Source: Haemophilus sp.
GTDB lineage: Bacteria; Pseudomonadota; Gammaproteobacteria; Enterobacterales; Pasteurellaceae
Assembly: GCA_019423005.1 (NCBI GenBank)
Contig: JAHZCF010000066.1
Span: 750 to 64,749 of the forward strand
Direction: 5' to 3'
DNA: 64,000 nucleotides
The notes under the pieces are model-generated. The model saw nothing but the letters and a program-made list of their open reading frames with translations. It was not told where the DNA came from and did no database searches. Position 1 is the stretch's first letter, and each line of letters begins with the position of its first letter. Both the position numbers and the translations under genes were made by a program. This document shows positions 53,381-64,000 of this stretch, piece after piece.

Positions 53381-54229
53381 ATGTATTCTATTGAACATAA
53401 AAATGTAGTGATTAGTATTTCAACGGCAGATAAACGCCGAAATCACATTATTGAACAATTTGGTCAAAAACAAATTCCTTTTGAATTTTTTGATGCATTC
53501 ACGCCTTCTGATCGACTTGACGCTCATTTACAGCGTTACTTTCCAAATGTCAAAGCTACATCAAAGCTCACGGCAGGAGAGAAGGGATGTTTGATGAGCC
53601 ACTTCATGCTATGGAAAAAGTGTGTTGACGATAATTTAGATTATATTTCTATTTTTGAGGATGATATTCTGCTTGGTGAGAATGCTGAACAATTTCTTGC
53701 GAATGATGAATGGCTAAAAGTGCGGTTCAATTTTCAAGAGATTTTTGTTTTGCGTTTAGAAACATTTTTAATGCCTGTTCAGCTAGAACATCAGCAACAA
53801 ATTTTACCTTTCCAAGAAAGAAACATTGATATTTTAAAATCAAAGCATTTTGGTACTGCCGGTTACATTATTTCGAACGGGGCTGCGAAGTACCTCATCA
53901 ATCTATTTGAAAAACTCGCCGTAGAGGAAATCAAAGCAATTGATGAGATCATGTTTAATGAACAGATTAATGTCAGTCTTTATCAAGTATACCAACTAAA
54001 TCCAGCTATTTGTGTGCAAGAATTGCAGTTAAATCAGGAGAATAGCTTACTGATAAGTGACTTGCAGCAAGAGCGTAAAAAAAATACAGCAGTGCACACC
54101 AAGAAAACATTAAAACAGCGTTTAACTCGGATAAAAGAAAATATTATACGAGCGCTAAATAAAGAAAAATGGAAAGAACAGCAACGCCTGAAAGAAATGC
54201 AAGGTAAAGACATTGTTCGTTTTATGTAG
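53381..54229 (+). CDS. GT25 LOS glycosyltransferase, Lic2A-like
   Basis: GEKGCLMSH, FEDD, GTAGY; C-terminus resembles recalled H. influenzae Lic2A. Confidence 0.85.
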   Translation: MYSIEHKNVVISISTADKRRNHIIEQFGQKQIPFEFFDAFTPSDRLDAHLQRYFPNVKATSKLTAGEKGCLMSHFMLWKKCVDDNLDYISIFEDDILLGENAEQFLANDEWLKVRFNFQEIFVLRLETFLMPVQLEHQQQILPFQERNIDILKSKHFGTAGYIISNGAAKYLINLFEKLAVEEIKAIDEIMFNEQINVSLYQVYQLNPAICVQELQLNQENSLLISDLQQERKKNTAVHTKKTLKQRLTRIKENIIRALNKEKWKEQQRLKEMQGKDIVRFM

Positions 54230-54363
54230 ATAAGTTGATGAAATACTTTATATAGGCTTAATCTCTTAAGCCTATTCATAAAAAGCGATTTACACGCAAA
54301 ATCAACGTGATGACATTCTAAGGCTTGAAAACCACCAATGAGGCTGGTTGTTATTTTAGAAAA

Positions 54364-55254
54364 TTAAAAAATGTGATAGATAAATTTATATTTTATTTCT
54401 CTAATTAGCCTTCTTACTTTTGTTCTAAAGTCAACAACATCAAAATCAGCTTTAAAAGCTGGATAACTATTGCCGATTTCCTTAAATAGTGAATACCCTA
54501 AATTAGCTTTTAAGTGAGAACTTCGGCTAGACCAAAATTTATCTGGTCCAGGATAATGGTAAATCACCGCAGGAAATTGAATTTCTCGTTCTTTTCGATA
54601 TTTTATATAGCCAGATTCAGAAGGCGTGAAGTTAAATCTTGTATTTATAAATTTAACATCGTCTTTGAAAATACCATTTAAGATATCCTGATCTTGATAC
54701 TTTATAACATCCTTATATTTATTTAACCAGGTCAGACTCACCTCTAGAACATTCAATTCTCGCCATCTTCGCATATTGATAAGAAGCACCCCGGCGTTAA
54801 AATAGTGATGATTTTCTAAACCAATTTGGGCCTTATAATCGGCTTGCTCAATTTCAATAAAAAAATCCTTACATGCGGCAAGTGAATACTGTTCGATATC
54901 AGTATTCCATAAATTATCTAATGAGCCATTTGTTAGCGTATCAACATCAATATAAAGTAACTTATCTACATTAGGGATATATTGAGTTATATTTAATCTA
55001 GCATAGGTGGCTAAAGAAATATAATTTATTGTAATGGGAAAATTAGCAAACTCATCTTTATCCACGTCTATGAATTTGATACTTTTTCCATGATTGCAAA
55101 CGATGTTTTCTATAATTTCTTTATTGTTATTATCAATACCAAAATCCAAAACATAGAAACAAATTTCAGATTTAGAATTATTTTTTAATATACTTAGTAT
55201 GCTAACGGCTAAATATGGTGCATAGTTATTATCAGATGAAAACGCGATATTCAT
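54364..55254 (-). CDS. GT8 family glycosyltransferase
   Basis: DNNY, TYARL, YIDVD, YFNAGV, YQDQDILN. Confidence 0.9.
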   Translation of the reverse strand: MNIAFSSDNNYAPYLAVSILSILKNNSKSEICFYVLDFGIDNNNKEIIENIVCNHGKSIKFIDVDKDEFANFPITINYISLATYARLNITQYIPNVDKLLYIDVDTLTNGSLDNLWNTDIEQYSLAACKDFFIEIEQADYKAQIGLENHHYFNAGVLLINMRRWRELNVLEVSLTWLNKYKDVIKYQDQDILNGIFKDDVKFINTRFNFTPSESGYIKYRKEREIQFPAVIYHYPGPDKFWSSRSSHLKANLGYSLFKEIGNSYPAFKADFDVVDFRTKVRRLIREIKYKFIYHIF

Positions 55255-55255
55255 A

Positions 55256-56401
55256 TTAGTCTTCCTTAACTGTATCAATTATTATTTTTCTAAGGTTTGT
55301 TGTGAAGTCAGCTATATTATGAATATTTTTGACATAAGCAATTCCAGCTTTAGCCTTTTCCTCTCTTATTGAATCATTTTGCATGAGCTTTTGAATTGCT
55401 TCTACATAAAGCTCAACTTTGTCAAAACCGTCCCCTAATACATCACCAACATGGATGCCAAATTTAGAGGTTAAATCCTCAGGGTTTCTGTTACTGACAA
55501 GGACGGTTCCATAAGAAAGTGCTTCTAAAAAAGAAATTGGGAGCGCTTCATGAATTGATGTATTCACTAAGATTTTTGCATCTCGAATAAAATTATTTTT
55601 TTCTATACCATCGACATGCCCAACAAAATGTAAATTATTAATATTTAAATATTTATTTATAATTTCAGTGTTTTTATCAGACTCACGAAAGGTTTGACCT
55701 AACACATAAAATTGATATTCAGGTAACCTTGATGCAATTTCACAGAAAAGCCAATCTCTTTTTACTGATTCAATACGACCAAGAAAAATAATATTATTCT
55801 TCTTATTATGTTTATCAAAATCAAAATTATTATCTATTTCTACTGGGTTTGGTAAATATTGGATACTAACATCATTATCTAGAGAATAAAGATCTTTTGC
55901 CTTTCTATTTAAAAAATACCCTTGTGAAATAAATTTCACTCGATTTTGTTTATACATAGAATGAACAAGATCATAAATATCTTGATTATAATAAGATGTT
56001 TCAGGAAAGAGTTTAACTGTATTAATTTCATCCCACTCATAAGCTGGTCTTGGATCTTGAATCCAAAGAATAAGTTTCTTATTTATATCTAACTCATGTT
56101 TTAGAACCCAATCGTAAGTTAATTCAATCGAGAGATAAACATCGTAATTTTGCTTTTTAAGCCACAATTTAGAAAATAGTTTTCTTTTAGGGAGCTTATA
56201 AACATTAACATCATCAACTTTTATTTTTTCTGTAAAATAACGATTTTTATTGCTACGGCCTAATAATACATCAATCTGGATTAGATCATTAGGAATATAC
56301 TTAGCAATAAGCCGGCGAGCAAGAAACCCATATCCACCATAAGCAGTTCCAGCACCACCAAAAAACTCATCTATAATCAAACCAACTTTTATTTTTTTCA
56401 T
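55256..56401 (-). CDS. GT4 family glycosyltransferase
   Basis: FLGR, NTSIHEALPISFLEALSYG (E-x7-E). Confidence 0.85.
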   Translation of the reverse strand: MKKIKVGLIIDEFFGGAGTAYGGYGFLARRLIAKYIPNDLIQIDVLLGRSNKNRYFTEKIKVDDVNVYKLPKRKLFSKLWLKKQNYDVYLSIELTYDWVLKHELDINKKLILWIQDPRPAYEWDEINTVKLFPETSYYNQDIYDLVHSMYKQNRVKFISQGYFLNRKAKDLYSLDNDVSIQYLPNPVEIDNNFDFDKHNKKNNIIFLGRIESVKRDWLFCEIASRLPEYQFYVLGQTFRESDKNTEIINKYLNINNLHFVGHVDGIEKNNFIRDAKILVNTSIHEALPISFLEALSYGTVLVSNRNPEDLTSKFGIHVGDVLGDGFDKVELYVEAIQKLMQNDSIREEKAKAGIAYVKNIHNIADFTTNLRKIIIDTVKED

Positions 56402-56441
56402 TATGAATCCTTAGGTTATTTATTAATATGTACTGGGTAAT

Positions 56442-57305
56442 TTATAGCTCAGTTAATTCAAAAAGATTATTTTCATCATTTTCGGGTGGATTGTCCGCTA
56501 GCCAGTTCGCTAGTCGTGCATAATCTGCGATAGCTAAGTTTTCTGCGCGTGCATTTAAATCAATGCCAAGTGCGGTCAGATTTTCGGCTGAAAATAATGT
56601 TGAAAGCGCATTACGCAATGTTTTACGGCGTTGATTGAACGCTTGGGAGCAAACGCAGTTCAGCCAATATAAATCTTTTACTGGGTGCGGCAATTCTTTA
56701 TGCGGAATTAAACGCACGACAGCCGAATCCACTTTGGGTGCGGGTTTAAATGCAGAAGGTGGTACTTCAAGTACGGGCATCACTTGACAGAAGTATTGTG
56801 TCATAATGGTTAAACGACCGTAAGCTTTGCTATTTGGCCCTGCACATAATCGTTTTACCACTTCTTTTTGTAACATGAAGTGCATGTCTTGAATCACATC
56901 ATGATATTTAAACAAGTGGAACATCAATGGAGTAGAAATGTTGTAAGGCAAGTTACCAAACACACGTAATTTCTGGCCTTTTTCTGCTAGGTTTTCTTGT
57001 GTATAAAGCTCACCAAAATCAAATTGCATGGCATCCGTTTCAATCACGGTAAGCTTCTGATGTAAAAATGGATGATGACGTAAACGTTCTGCTAGGTCTC
57101 GGTCAAGTTCTACTACAGTAAGATGATCGACAAGCTCACTAACAGGCTCCGTTAATGCACCAAGCCCAGGGCCAATTTCTACTAAGAATTGATTCGGTTG
57201 CGGGTGAATCGCTGCCACAATTCCTTGAATGACAGAGGTGTCGTGTAAAAAGTTTTGTCCAAAGCGTTTACGGGCTGTATGGCCCAAGTGTTTTTTTGAG
57301 TTCAT
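56442..57305 (-). CDS. rsmA: 16S rRNA dimethyladenosine transferase (KsgA)
   Basis: [24 protein letters not shown]. Confidence 0.97.
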   Translation of the reverse strand: MNSKKHLGHTARKRFGQNFLHDTSVIQGIVAAIHPQPNQFLVEIGPGLGALTEPVSELVDHLTVVELDRDLAERLRHHPFLHQKLTVIETDAMQFDFGELYTQENLAEKGQKLRVFGNLPYNISTPLMFHLFKYHDVIQDMHFMLQKEVVKRLCAGPNSKAYGRLTIMTQYFCQVMPVLEVPPSAFKPAPKVDSAVVRLIPHKELPHPVKDLYWLNCVCSQAFNQRRKTLRNALSTLFSAENLTALGIDLNARAENLAIADYARLANWLADNPPENDENNLFELTEL

Positions 57306-57345
57306 AAAATAGTCTAGTAAATGATAAAGTTTGTGGTTTATATCT

Positions 57346-58377
57346 TTAAATATCTAGCCACTCTGGTTTTATTTCTTTCGGGGAGATCTCGTTAACATTA
57401 TCATGGTAATGAAGAATATGGCATGCATTCTTAGAATTTGGATGCCAATGTGTAAAATTTTCTTTGTCTTGCGAGTAAAAACAAATCATAGGTTTATTTA
57501 ACCCCGAAGCGATATGAACCGTTGATGTATCAACCGAAATAAGTAGAGCACAGTTTCTAATCAACTCAATTGTATGATAGATCGTTGTGTGAGGATTTGG
57601 ATAAACAAATACATCATTAAATTGATTAGCGATTCTACTTAAATGCTCATAAGTATCAGGTGTTGCAAGTAAGATTAGCTGATGTTTATTCGAGTCTCTA
57701 ATATATGTTAAATAATCTACAATGTGAGAGTCATCAAACTTTCTATTTTTGCCATTTCCATAGAAGTTAATGGTAATAAAGTTATTTAACTTGTTGTCCG
57801 TAATAAACTTAAGAATTTCTTCTTTAATTAAGTCATCTTGTGGAATGTCATAGCGATCATCACTTAGACTGATATTTGACTGAGCTAAAGCTTCTTTGTA
57901 AATTTCTGAAAAATGGCCGTCTTTAGTAATATTTATATTAAAAATATTATAATCTGCTTTTCTATAGCCGATATAACTACGGGCATTGAGTATTCTCAAT
58001 AGCAACAAGTCTCGGTTTCTAAGTACAAGAGTTGGATCAATGACAACATCGTATCTTTCTTTTCTAATAAACAGTGCCGTCTTGATGTAGTCGAGAATGT
58101 TTCTTTTCTTTACAAGATAAATCTCATCAATGTTATGGTTTCTTTGAAACAGATAAGCGTTTTGTTTCGTGCAGATGACACCAATCTTTATCAAGGGGTT
58201 AAATTTCTTTATTTCCCGAAAAACAAAAGAACTCACGATATAGTCGCCAATTTTCCCATCTTGTCGCAAAAATAAGAAACTCTTAGGATGTTCTAAACTT
58301 TGGGGATTGTTGGATCTTGAGGATTTATCGAGCATCCATTTCCCCACTTTTAACCTTAGGGCTTTTAGCTTATTCAT
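57346..58377 (-). CDS. GT9 family (heptosyltransferase-like) glycosyltransferase
   Basis: [24 protein letters not shown]. Confidence 0.85.
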   Translation of the reverse strand: MNKLKALRLKVGKWMLDKSSRSNNPQSLEHPKSFLFLRQDGKIGDYIVSSFVFREIKKFNPLIKIGVICTKQNAYLFQRNHNIDEIYLVKKRNILDYIKTALFIRKERYDVVIDPTLVLRNRDLLLLRILNARSYIGYRKADYNIFNINITKDGHFSEIYKEALAQSNISLSDDRYDIPQDDLIKEEILKFITDNKLNNFITINFYGNGKNRKFDDSHIVDYLTYIRDSNKHQLILLATPDTYEHLSRIANQFNDVFVYPNPHTTIYHTIELIRNCALLISVDTSTVHIASGLNKPMICFYSQDKENFTHWHPNSKNACHILHYHDNVNEISPKEIKPEWLDI

Positions 58378-59047
58378 ATCGATACTCAATTTTGTCTATT
58401 TCTGAGTCACTGTTTAATCCTCTAAATACACATGGAGGTTCAATACCATAGGTATCAACGCGTGTTTTTTGGATTAATCCCGTTAGATAATCTGCAGGCA
58501 GTCTTATTGGATAAGCGTAATTAAGTAATTTTTTAGCACCTGATAGTGTAATTAAATAAGCGGTTGCATAGATAATGCATCTTCTTGAATTTTTTGAAGG
58601 TGCCTTGTAATGTGCAAGTCTATATCCTTCCACAATCCGTTTCTTAAAGAAATGGGATTTAACTTTTCCGTGATCAAAAAAGATCAACTCATGATTTTTA
58701 TTAATTTTATTGAGCGTATCTTCAACAATTTCCTTAAAGTGCTGTGAAACAATCGCATCGTCTTCAAGAATAATGGCACTTTTAATATTGTTTTCTACCA
58801 TGTGCTCATAAACTTTAATATGGCTTATTGCACAGCCAATTTCGCCGAGCGTTAAGGGCTTAGGTGATAAATAGTGTTTGGGATAGAAATCATAATCGAC
58901 AGATTCTAATACGGAAGCGGGCAGTTTTTTCCCATCTGTTGCATCAAAAAAACTAAAGTCTAACCCCAAACCAGAAAGTCGCTTAGCAATATTTTCTCTT
59001 CTTGTTGAATGTTTTAAACTAATTACAATTATTTTAGGTATAGCCAT
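58370..59047 (-). CDS. GT25 family LOS glycosyltransferase
   Basis: VISLK, FFDATDG, GEIGCAISH, LEDD. Confidence 0.88.
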   Translation of the reverse strand: MAIPKIIVISLKHSTRRENIAKRLSGLGLDFSFFDATDGKKLPASVLESVDYDFYPKHYLSPKPLTLGEIGCAISHIKVYEHMVENNIKSAIILEDDAIVSQHFKEIVEDTLNKINKNHELIFFDHGKVKSHFFKKRIVEGYRLAHYKAPSKNSRRCIIYATAYLITLSGAKKLLNYAYPIRLPADYLTGLIQKTRVDTYGIEPPCVFRGLNSDSEIDKIEYRYE

Positions 59048-59309
59048 AAATAACCCTTGGGTTGAAGTTATTGTTTTACATACAGATTAACGAACATCAT
59101 AGTAAAGTTTGCTTTAGCTTTTTAGATAGGGTGCTACCTTTGGAAAGGTGATAACGCATAAGGCTACATCTTATTGGTCTCGTATGCTAAATTAAATTCT
59201 TTACCTAATCGACTTTAGTGGAACATTATAATCGAATTATTGAAAAAATAATGTGCATTTCAACAAAATACCATTTTAATCTTTCGTCTAACATTAAAAA
59301 CGGCTATAA

Positions 59310-59594
<285 letters not shown>

Positions 59595-59607
59595 TTTAGA
59601 AATAAAA

Positions 59608-59639
59608 GAAAAGCCGATATGTTGATATCGGCTTTTTTT
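59608..59639 (+). terminator. Intrinsic terminator after infA
   Basis: aaaagccgatat-gttg-atatcggctttttt. Confidence 0.85.
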
Positions 59640-59718
59640 GTTTGAAAAGCATACAAATTATTTGAAGTATGAAAAAAAATCTGTATAATCAGCGCCCTTA
59701 GCCACGTTCATTTTTTCG

Positions 59719-59780
59719 TTCCTTGCCTTTGCAGATTGGTGGCTAATCTACGTCAAAGGCTGATTAACCCGTAAGGAGCA
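59719..59780 (+). ncRNA. rpsF leader (S6:S18-binding cis-regulatory RNA)
   Basis: ttccttg can pair with the taaggag RBS; unpaired CCCG; inner gccttt...aaaggc hairpin. Confidence 0.6.
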
Positions 59781-59783
59781 GTA

Positions 59784-60147
59784 ATGCGTCACTACGAAAT
59801 CGTGTTTATGGTTCATCCGGACCAAAGCGAGCAAGTACCAGGTATGATCGAACGTTACACAGGTTCTGTTAAAGAAGCTGGTGGTCAAGTTCATCGCCTA
59901 GAAGATTGGGGTCGTCGTCAATTAGCGTACCCAATTAACAAATTACACAAAGCACACTATGTGCTTATGAATGTAGAAGCGCCTCAACAAGTCATCGACG
60001 AGCTAGAAACGACTTTCCGTTATAACGATGCTGTATTACGCAGTCTTGTTATCCATACTAAGCACGCCGTAACCGAAGCGTCCCCAATGAAAGCGGCTAA
60101 AGAAGAACGTAAACCTTTAGCTGAAGTTGAAAACAACGATTTTGAGG

Positions 60148-60161
<14 letters not shown>
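59784..60161 (+). CDS. rpsF: 30S ribosomal protein S6
   Basis: [18 protein letters not shown]. Confidence 0.98.
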
Positions 60162-60716
<555 letters not shown>

Positions 60717-60730
60717 GAAGGAGTTAGGAA

Positions 60731-61180
60731 ATGCAAGTAATTCTTTTAGATAAAATCGTTCACCTAGGTAACGTAGGTGATCAAGTTAATGTTAAATCTG
60801 GTTTCGCTCGTAACTTCTTAATCCCACAAGGTAAAGCAGTTATGGCAACTAAAGCTAACATTGAACACTTTGAAACACGTCGTGCAGAGTTAGAAGCAGC
60901 GGCAGCAGCAAGTCTTGCAGCAGCTCAAGCTCGCGCAGCACAAGTGACTGCATTAGGTTCTGTAACTATCGCATCTAAAGCTGGTGATGAAGGTCGTTTA
61001 TTCGGTGCAATCACTACTCGTGATGTAGCAGAAGCAGTAACTGCAGCTGGTGTTGAAATTGCGAAAAGCGAAGTTCGTTTACCAAACGGTCCAATCCGTA
61101 CTCTTGGTGACCACGATGTTCGTTTCCAACTTCACGGCGAAGTATTTGCAACATTAGATGTTATCGTTGTTGCAGAATAA
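60731..61180 (+). CDS. rplI: 50S ribosomal protein L9
   Basis: MQVILLDK...[13 protein letters not shown]. Confidence 0.98.
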   Translation: MQVILLDKIVHLGNVGDQVNVKSGFARNFLIPQGKAVMATKANIEHFETRRAELEAAAAASLAAAQARAAQVTALGSVTIASKAGDEGRLFGAITTRDVAEAVTAAGVEIAKSEVRLPNGPIRTLGDHDVRFQLHGEVFATLDVIVVAE

Positions 61181-61202
61181 TTATCAAAGTTTTTGATAAA
61201 AG

Positions 61203-61229
61203 AAAACCCGACGTTATGTCGGGTTTTTT
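61203..61229 (+). terminator. Terminator after rplI
   Basis: aaaacccgac-gttat-gtcgggtttttt. Confidence 0.85.
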
Positions 61230-61273
61230 GTTTTTCTGGATTAAGAAAATATTTTGGTTATTTGTCGAGAATA

Positions 61274-61304
61274 AAAAAGTGCGGTCATTTTTGACCGCAC
61301 TTTT
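61274..61304 (-). terminator. Uptake-sequence inverted-repeat terminator after frdD
   Basis: aaaagtgcggtca-ttt-tgaccgcactttt. Confidence 0.75.
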
Positions 61305-61328
61305 ATTTATCAATTTAGTATTTTTAAA

Positions 61329-61673
61329 TTACAAACCTAATACGGCAAATAACACCCAAACAGTGTAAATGGTTGCGAGGCCGTAGAAGATAAATCCGCC
61401 TGCTGGCACGTGGATTTTAAGATCGTGCATCGCGTGATGGATACGGTGTAAACCACACCACATTGGGAAAATGGTTAAAACTAAGATAACTAATTTTCCG
61501 ATCCAAGAATAAGCGAATGTAATTAGGTTATGTGGATCAATTAATCCGAATGGTAATAATAAACCAAGGATTAAGATCACAACAGGGAAGAAAATCGCGC
61601 TGACAGTTCCGCCAGCACCAAACATCAACCATACTGGTGGTTCACCAGAGCGTTTTGGATTTTGATCGACCAT
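61329..61673 (-). CDS. frdD: Fumarate reductase subunit D
   Basis: [26 protein letters not shown]. Confidence 0.95.
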   Translation of the reverse strand: MVDQNPKRSGEPPVWLMFGAGGTVSAIFFPVVILILGLLLPFGLIDPHNLITFAYSWIGKLVILVLTIFPMWCGLHRIHHAMHDLKIHVPAGGFIFYGLATIYTVWVLFAVLGL

Positions 61674-61684
61674 TTTTTCTCTCC

Positions 61685-62095
61685 CTACATATAAACTAAA
61701 ATTAATGCGATAACACTAATCACAGCTGTCACTGCCCAAAGTGCATTTCTTAACACGTGATGTGGTAAACGTTCATTTTTAACAATGATGTTCATCACTT
61801 TTGGTGTCATCACGAAATAAGTTGCAGTGTGATATAAGGTCGCAATTAATGTGATGATATTTAAGAACACCACAATTGGATTTCTTAAGAAGCCAATGAA
61901 ATCAACAATACCTAAGCCTGGTACAGGATTGCTTGCAAGGCAAAGTACACCGTAAAGCAATACGATACAGAACCACACAGCAAAGATAGAAGTTGCTTCA
62001 CGTACCATATACGCTTTGTAGAAATCCAATTTTTGCCACCAAGTAGCCGTCATTGGGCGAACATATTTTTTGCGTTTACTTACTGTTACTGACAT
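61685..62095 (-). CDS. frdC: Fumarate reductase subunit C
   Basis: [19 protein letters not shown]. Confidence 0.95.
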   Translation of the reverse strand: MSVTVSKRKKYVRPMTATWWQKLDFYKAYMVREATSIFAVWFCIVLLYGVLCLASNPVPGLGIVDFIGFLRNPIVVFLNIITLIATLYHTATYFVMTPKVMNIIVKNERLPHHVLRNALWAVTAVISVIALILVYM

Positions 62096-62105
62096 ATTCT
62101 TCCCC

Positions 62106-62876
62106 TTAGCCTTTTGGTTTTAGCATTGAGATAACATAATCTTTGGCACTTTCCACTTTTCCTTGGTTGATTGCAGAAGCTGGATCCACGTGTTTTGGAC
62201 AAACTTCTGAGCAATAGCCAACGAAAGTACAACTCCAAACCCCGTTTTTACCATTTAATAATGACATACGTTTTGCTTTACCATGGTCACGGTTATCAAG
62301 GTTGTAACGGTGTGCCATTGTAATCGCTGCAGGACCCAAGAATTCAGGATTTAAACCAAATTGAGGGCAAGCGGCATAGCATAAACCACAGTTGATACAC
62401 ATTGAGAATTGACGATATTTCTCAAGCTGTGCTGGGGTTTGTTTAGTACGGCTTACTTGCAATTCTTTCGATGGATGTGGTTTACCATCTAATGCAGGTG
62501 CTTCGTTACCAATAATATAAGGTTTAATTGCCTCTAAACTTTCGATAAAGTGGCTTAAATCAACCACTAAGTCGCGTTCAATAGGGAAGTTTGCTAATGG
62601 TTCAATACGCATATGGCCGCTGTAATCACGTAAGAACGTTTTACAAGCCAATTTAGGTTTGTTATTCACCATCATCCCACAAGAACCGCAGATCGCCATA
62701 CGGCAAGACCAGCGATAAGAAAGAGACGGTTCAAGTTTATCTTTAATGTAACCTAACGCATCTAAAAGAGAAGTTTGGTTATCATAAGGTACTTGATAAG
62801 AGCTTAAATGTGGCTCTTGATCATTTTCTGGGTTGTAGCGTAATACTTCTACAGTCATTACTGGTGAATTAGCCAT
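62106..62876 (-). CDS. frdB: Fumarate reductase iron-sulfur subunit
   Basis: [34 protein letters not shown]. Confidence 0.96.
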   Translation of the reverse strand: MANSPVMTVEVLRYNPENDQEPHLSSYQVPYDNQTSLLDALGYIKDKLEPSLSYRWSCRMAICGSCGMMVNNKPKLACKTFLRDYSGHMRIEPLANFPIERDLVVDLSHFIESLEAIKPYIIGNEAPALDGKPHPSKELQVSRTKQTPAQLEKYRQFSMCINCGLCYAACPQFGLNPEFLGPAAITMAHRYNLDNRDHGKAKRMSLLNGKNGVWSCTFVGYCSEVCPKHVDPASAINQGKVESAKDYVISMLKPKG

Positions 62877-64000
62877 TTGCTTGCTCCTTAGCTTTCGCAG
62901 CCGCTTCTGCCGCTTCTGCTTCAGCACCATAAACACGTTTTGCTGGTTGAGATTTAGTGATTTTCACCGGACTGTATTCAATACGCGGTGCATCATCGCC
63001 ATTGTAGTAAGCAAGGGTGTGTTTTAAATAATTCACATCATCACGTTCAGTATAGTCTAAGCGTTGGTGTGCACCACGAGACTCTTTACGTTCAATCGCA
63101 GAGTTTGCAATAGATTGAGCTACATCAAGGATGTAACCTAATTCTACAGTGTAAAGCACATCGGTATTGAATACGCTTGAACGGTCTGCAACACGAATAC
63201 GTTTATAACGTTCTTTAAGCTCAGCAATTTTATCTACTGCTTTTTGCATGCTTTCTTGGTCACGGTAGATACCACAACCTTCTTCCATTACGGTACCCAT
63301 TTCATCACGAATTTCAGACCAAGATTCATTACCTTCTTGGTCATAAAGCGCTTTAAGGCGAGCGACAACATCTTGCGCTTGTGCATCAATTGCAGCACGA
63401 TTTGTAGATTGAGCTTCTGCTGCACGTTGTGCGGCATATTCACCTGCAACACGGCCTAAAACCACTAATTCTGCAAGTGAGTTAGAACCTAAACGGTTTG
63501 CACCGTGTAAACCAGAAGAAGCACATTCACCCACAGCAAATAACCCTTTAATGCGAGTTTCGCTGTTGTAATCCACTTCGATACCACCCATGGTGTAGTG
63601 AACAACTGGACGTACAGGGATTGGTTCATTAACTGGGTTTACACCTTCATAAGCACTTGCTAATTCACAAATGAATGGAAGACGTTCATGTAAATATTTT
63701 TCACCTAAGTGACGTAAGTCAAGGTGAACCACATCAACACCTTTTGCAGTTTTTAAGGTGTTGCCTTTTTTCCATTCTTGCCAGAATGCTTGTGAAACTT
63801 TATCACGCGGACCAAGTTCCATATATTTGTTTTCAGGTTTACCGATTGGGGTTTCAGGGCCTAGACCATAATCTTGTAAATAACGGTAGCCGTTTTTATT
63901 CACTAAGATACCGCCTTCACCACGACAACCTTCAGTCATCAAGATACCGGTGTTCGGTAAGCCGGTTGGGTGGTATTGGACGAATTCCATATCACGAAGA
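62869..64000 (-). CDS. frdA: Fumarate reductase flavoprotein subunit (5' part outside the window)
   Basis: [29 protein letters not shown]. Confidence 0.96.
   Translation of the reverse strand, partial: LRDMEFVQYHPTGLPNTGILMTEGCRGEGGILVNKNGYRYLQDYGLGPETPIGKPENKYMELGPRDKVSQAFWQEWKKGNTLKTAKGVDVVHLDLRHLGEKYLHERLPFICELASAYEGVNPVNEPIPVRPVVHYTMGGIEVDYNSETRIKGLFAVGECASSGLHGANRLGSNSLAELVVLGRVAGEYAAQRAAEAQSTNRAAIDAQAQDVVARLKALYDQEGNESWSEIRDEMGTVMEEGCGIYRDQESMQKAVDKIAELKERYKRIRVADRSSVFNTDVLYTVELGYILDVAQSIANSAIERKESRGAHQRLDYTERDDVNYLKHTLAYYNGDDAPRIEYSPVKITKSQPAKRVYGAEAEAAEAAAKAKEQANG

Overview
A 64-kb chromosomal window from a Pasteurellaceae bacterium. Dense AAGTGCGGT uptake sequences and the gene content point to Haemophilus, probably H. 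parainfluenzae (inference). Most of it is core genome: tyrP, yicC, ygfZ, anmK-murQ, menB-menC, aroQ, accBC-panF-prmA-dusB-fis, exbBD-tonB, dapA-bamC, arfA, menA-rraA, plsB/lexA-dapF, dusC-djlA, rph-pyrE, dauA, folD, ndh, apaH, rsmA, infA, rpsF-priB-rpsR-rplI and frdABCD. Two accessory regions stand out. (1) An 11.13-kb phage satellite is integrated at tRNA-Ser(GGA) between 14-bp direct repeats (37738-37751 and 48867-48880). It has P4-like parts: integrase, a P2/P4-type cos-like site, a Sid/Psu-like coiled-coil protein, an Ogr/Delta-type zinc finger, and ash/icd with a complete C4/CI-type antisense RNA and its two target sites. It also encodes its own P2 gpN-type major capsid protein with no portal, terminase or scaffold, a DUF927 helicase with a symmetric iteron origin, a RelE-family toxin-antitoxin pair and four small HTH regulators. 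This looks like a capsid-encoding P4/PICI hybrid satellite of P2-like phages and is the main candidate for an undescribed system. (2) An AT-rich cluster of five LOS glycosyltransferases surrounds rsmA. All family assignments are by-eye motif recognition; no database searches were run.
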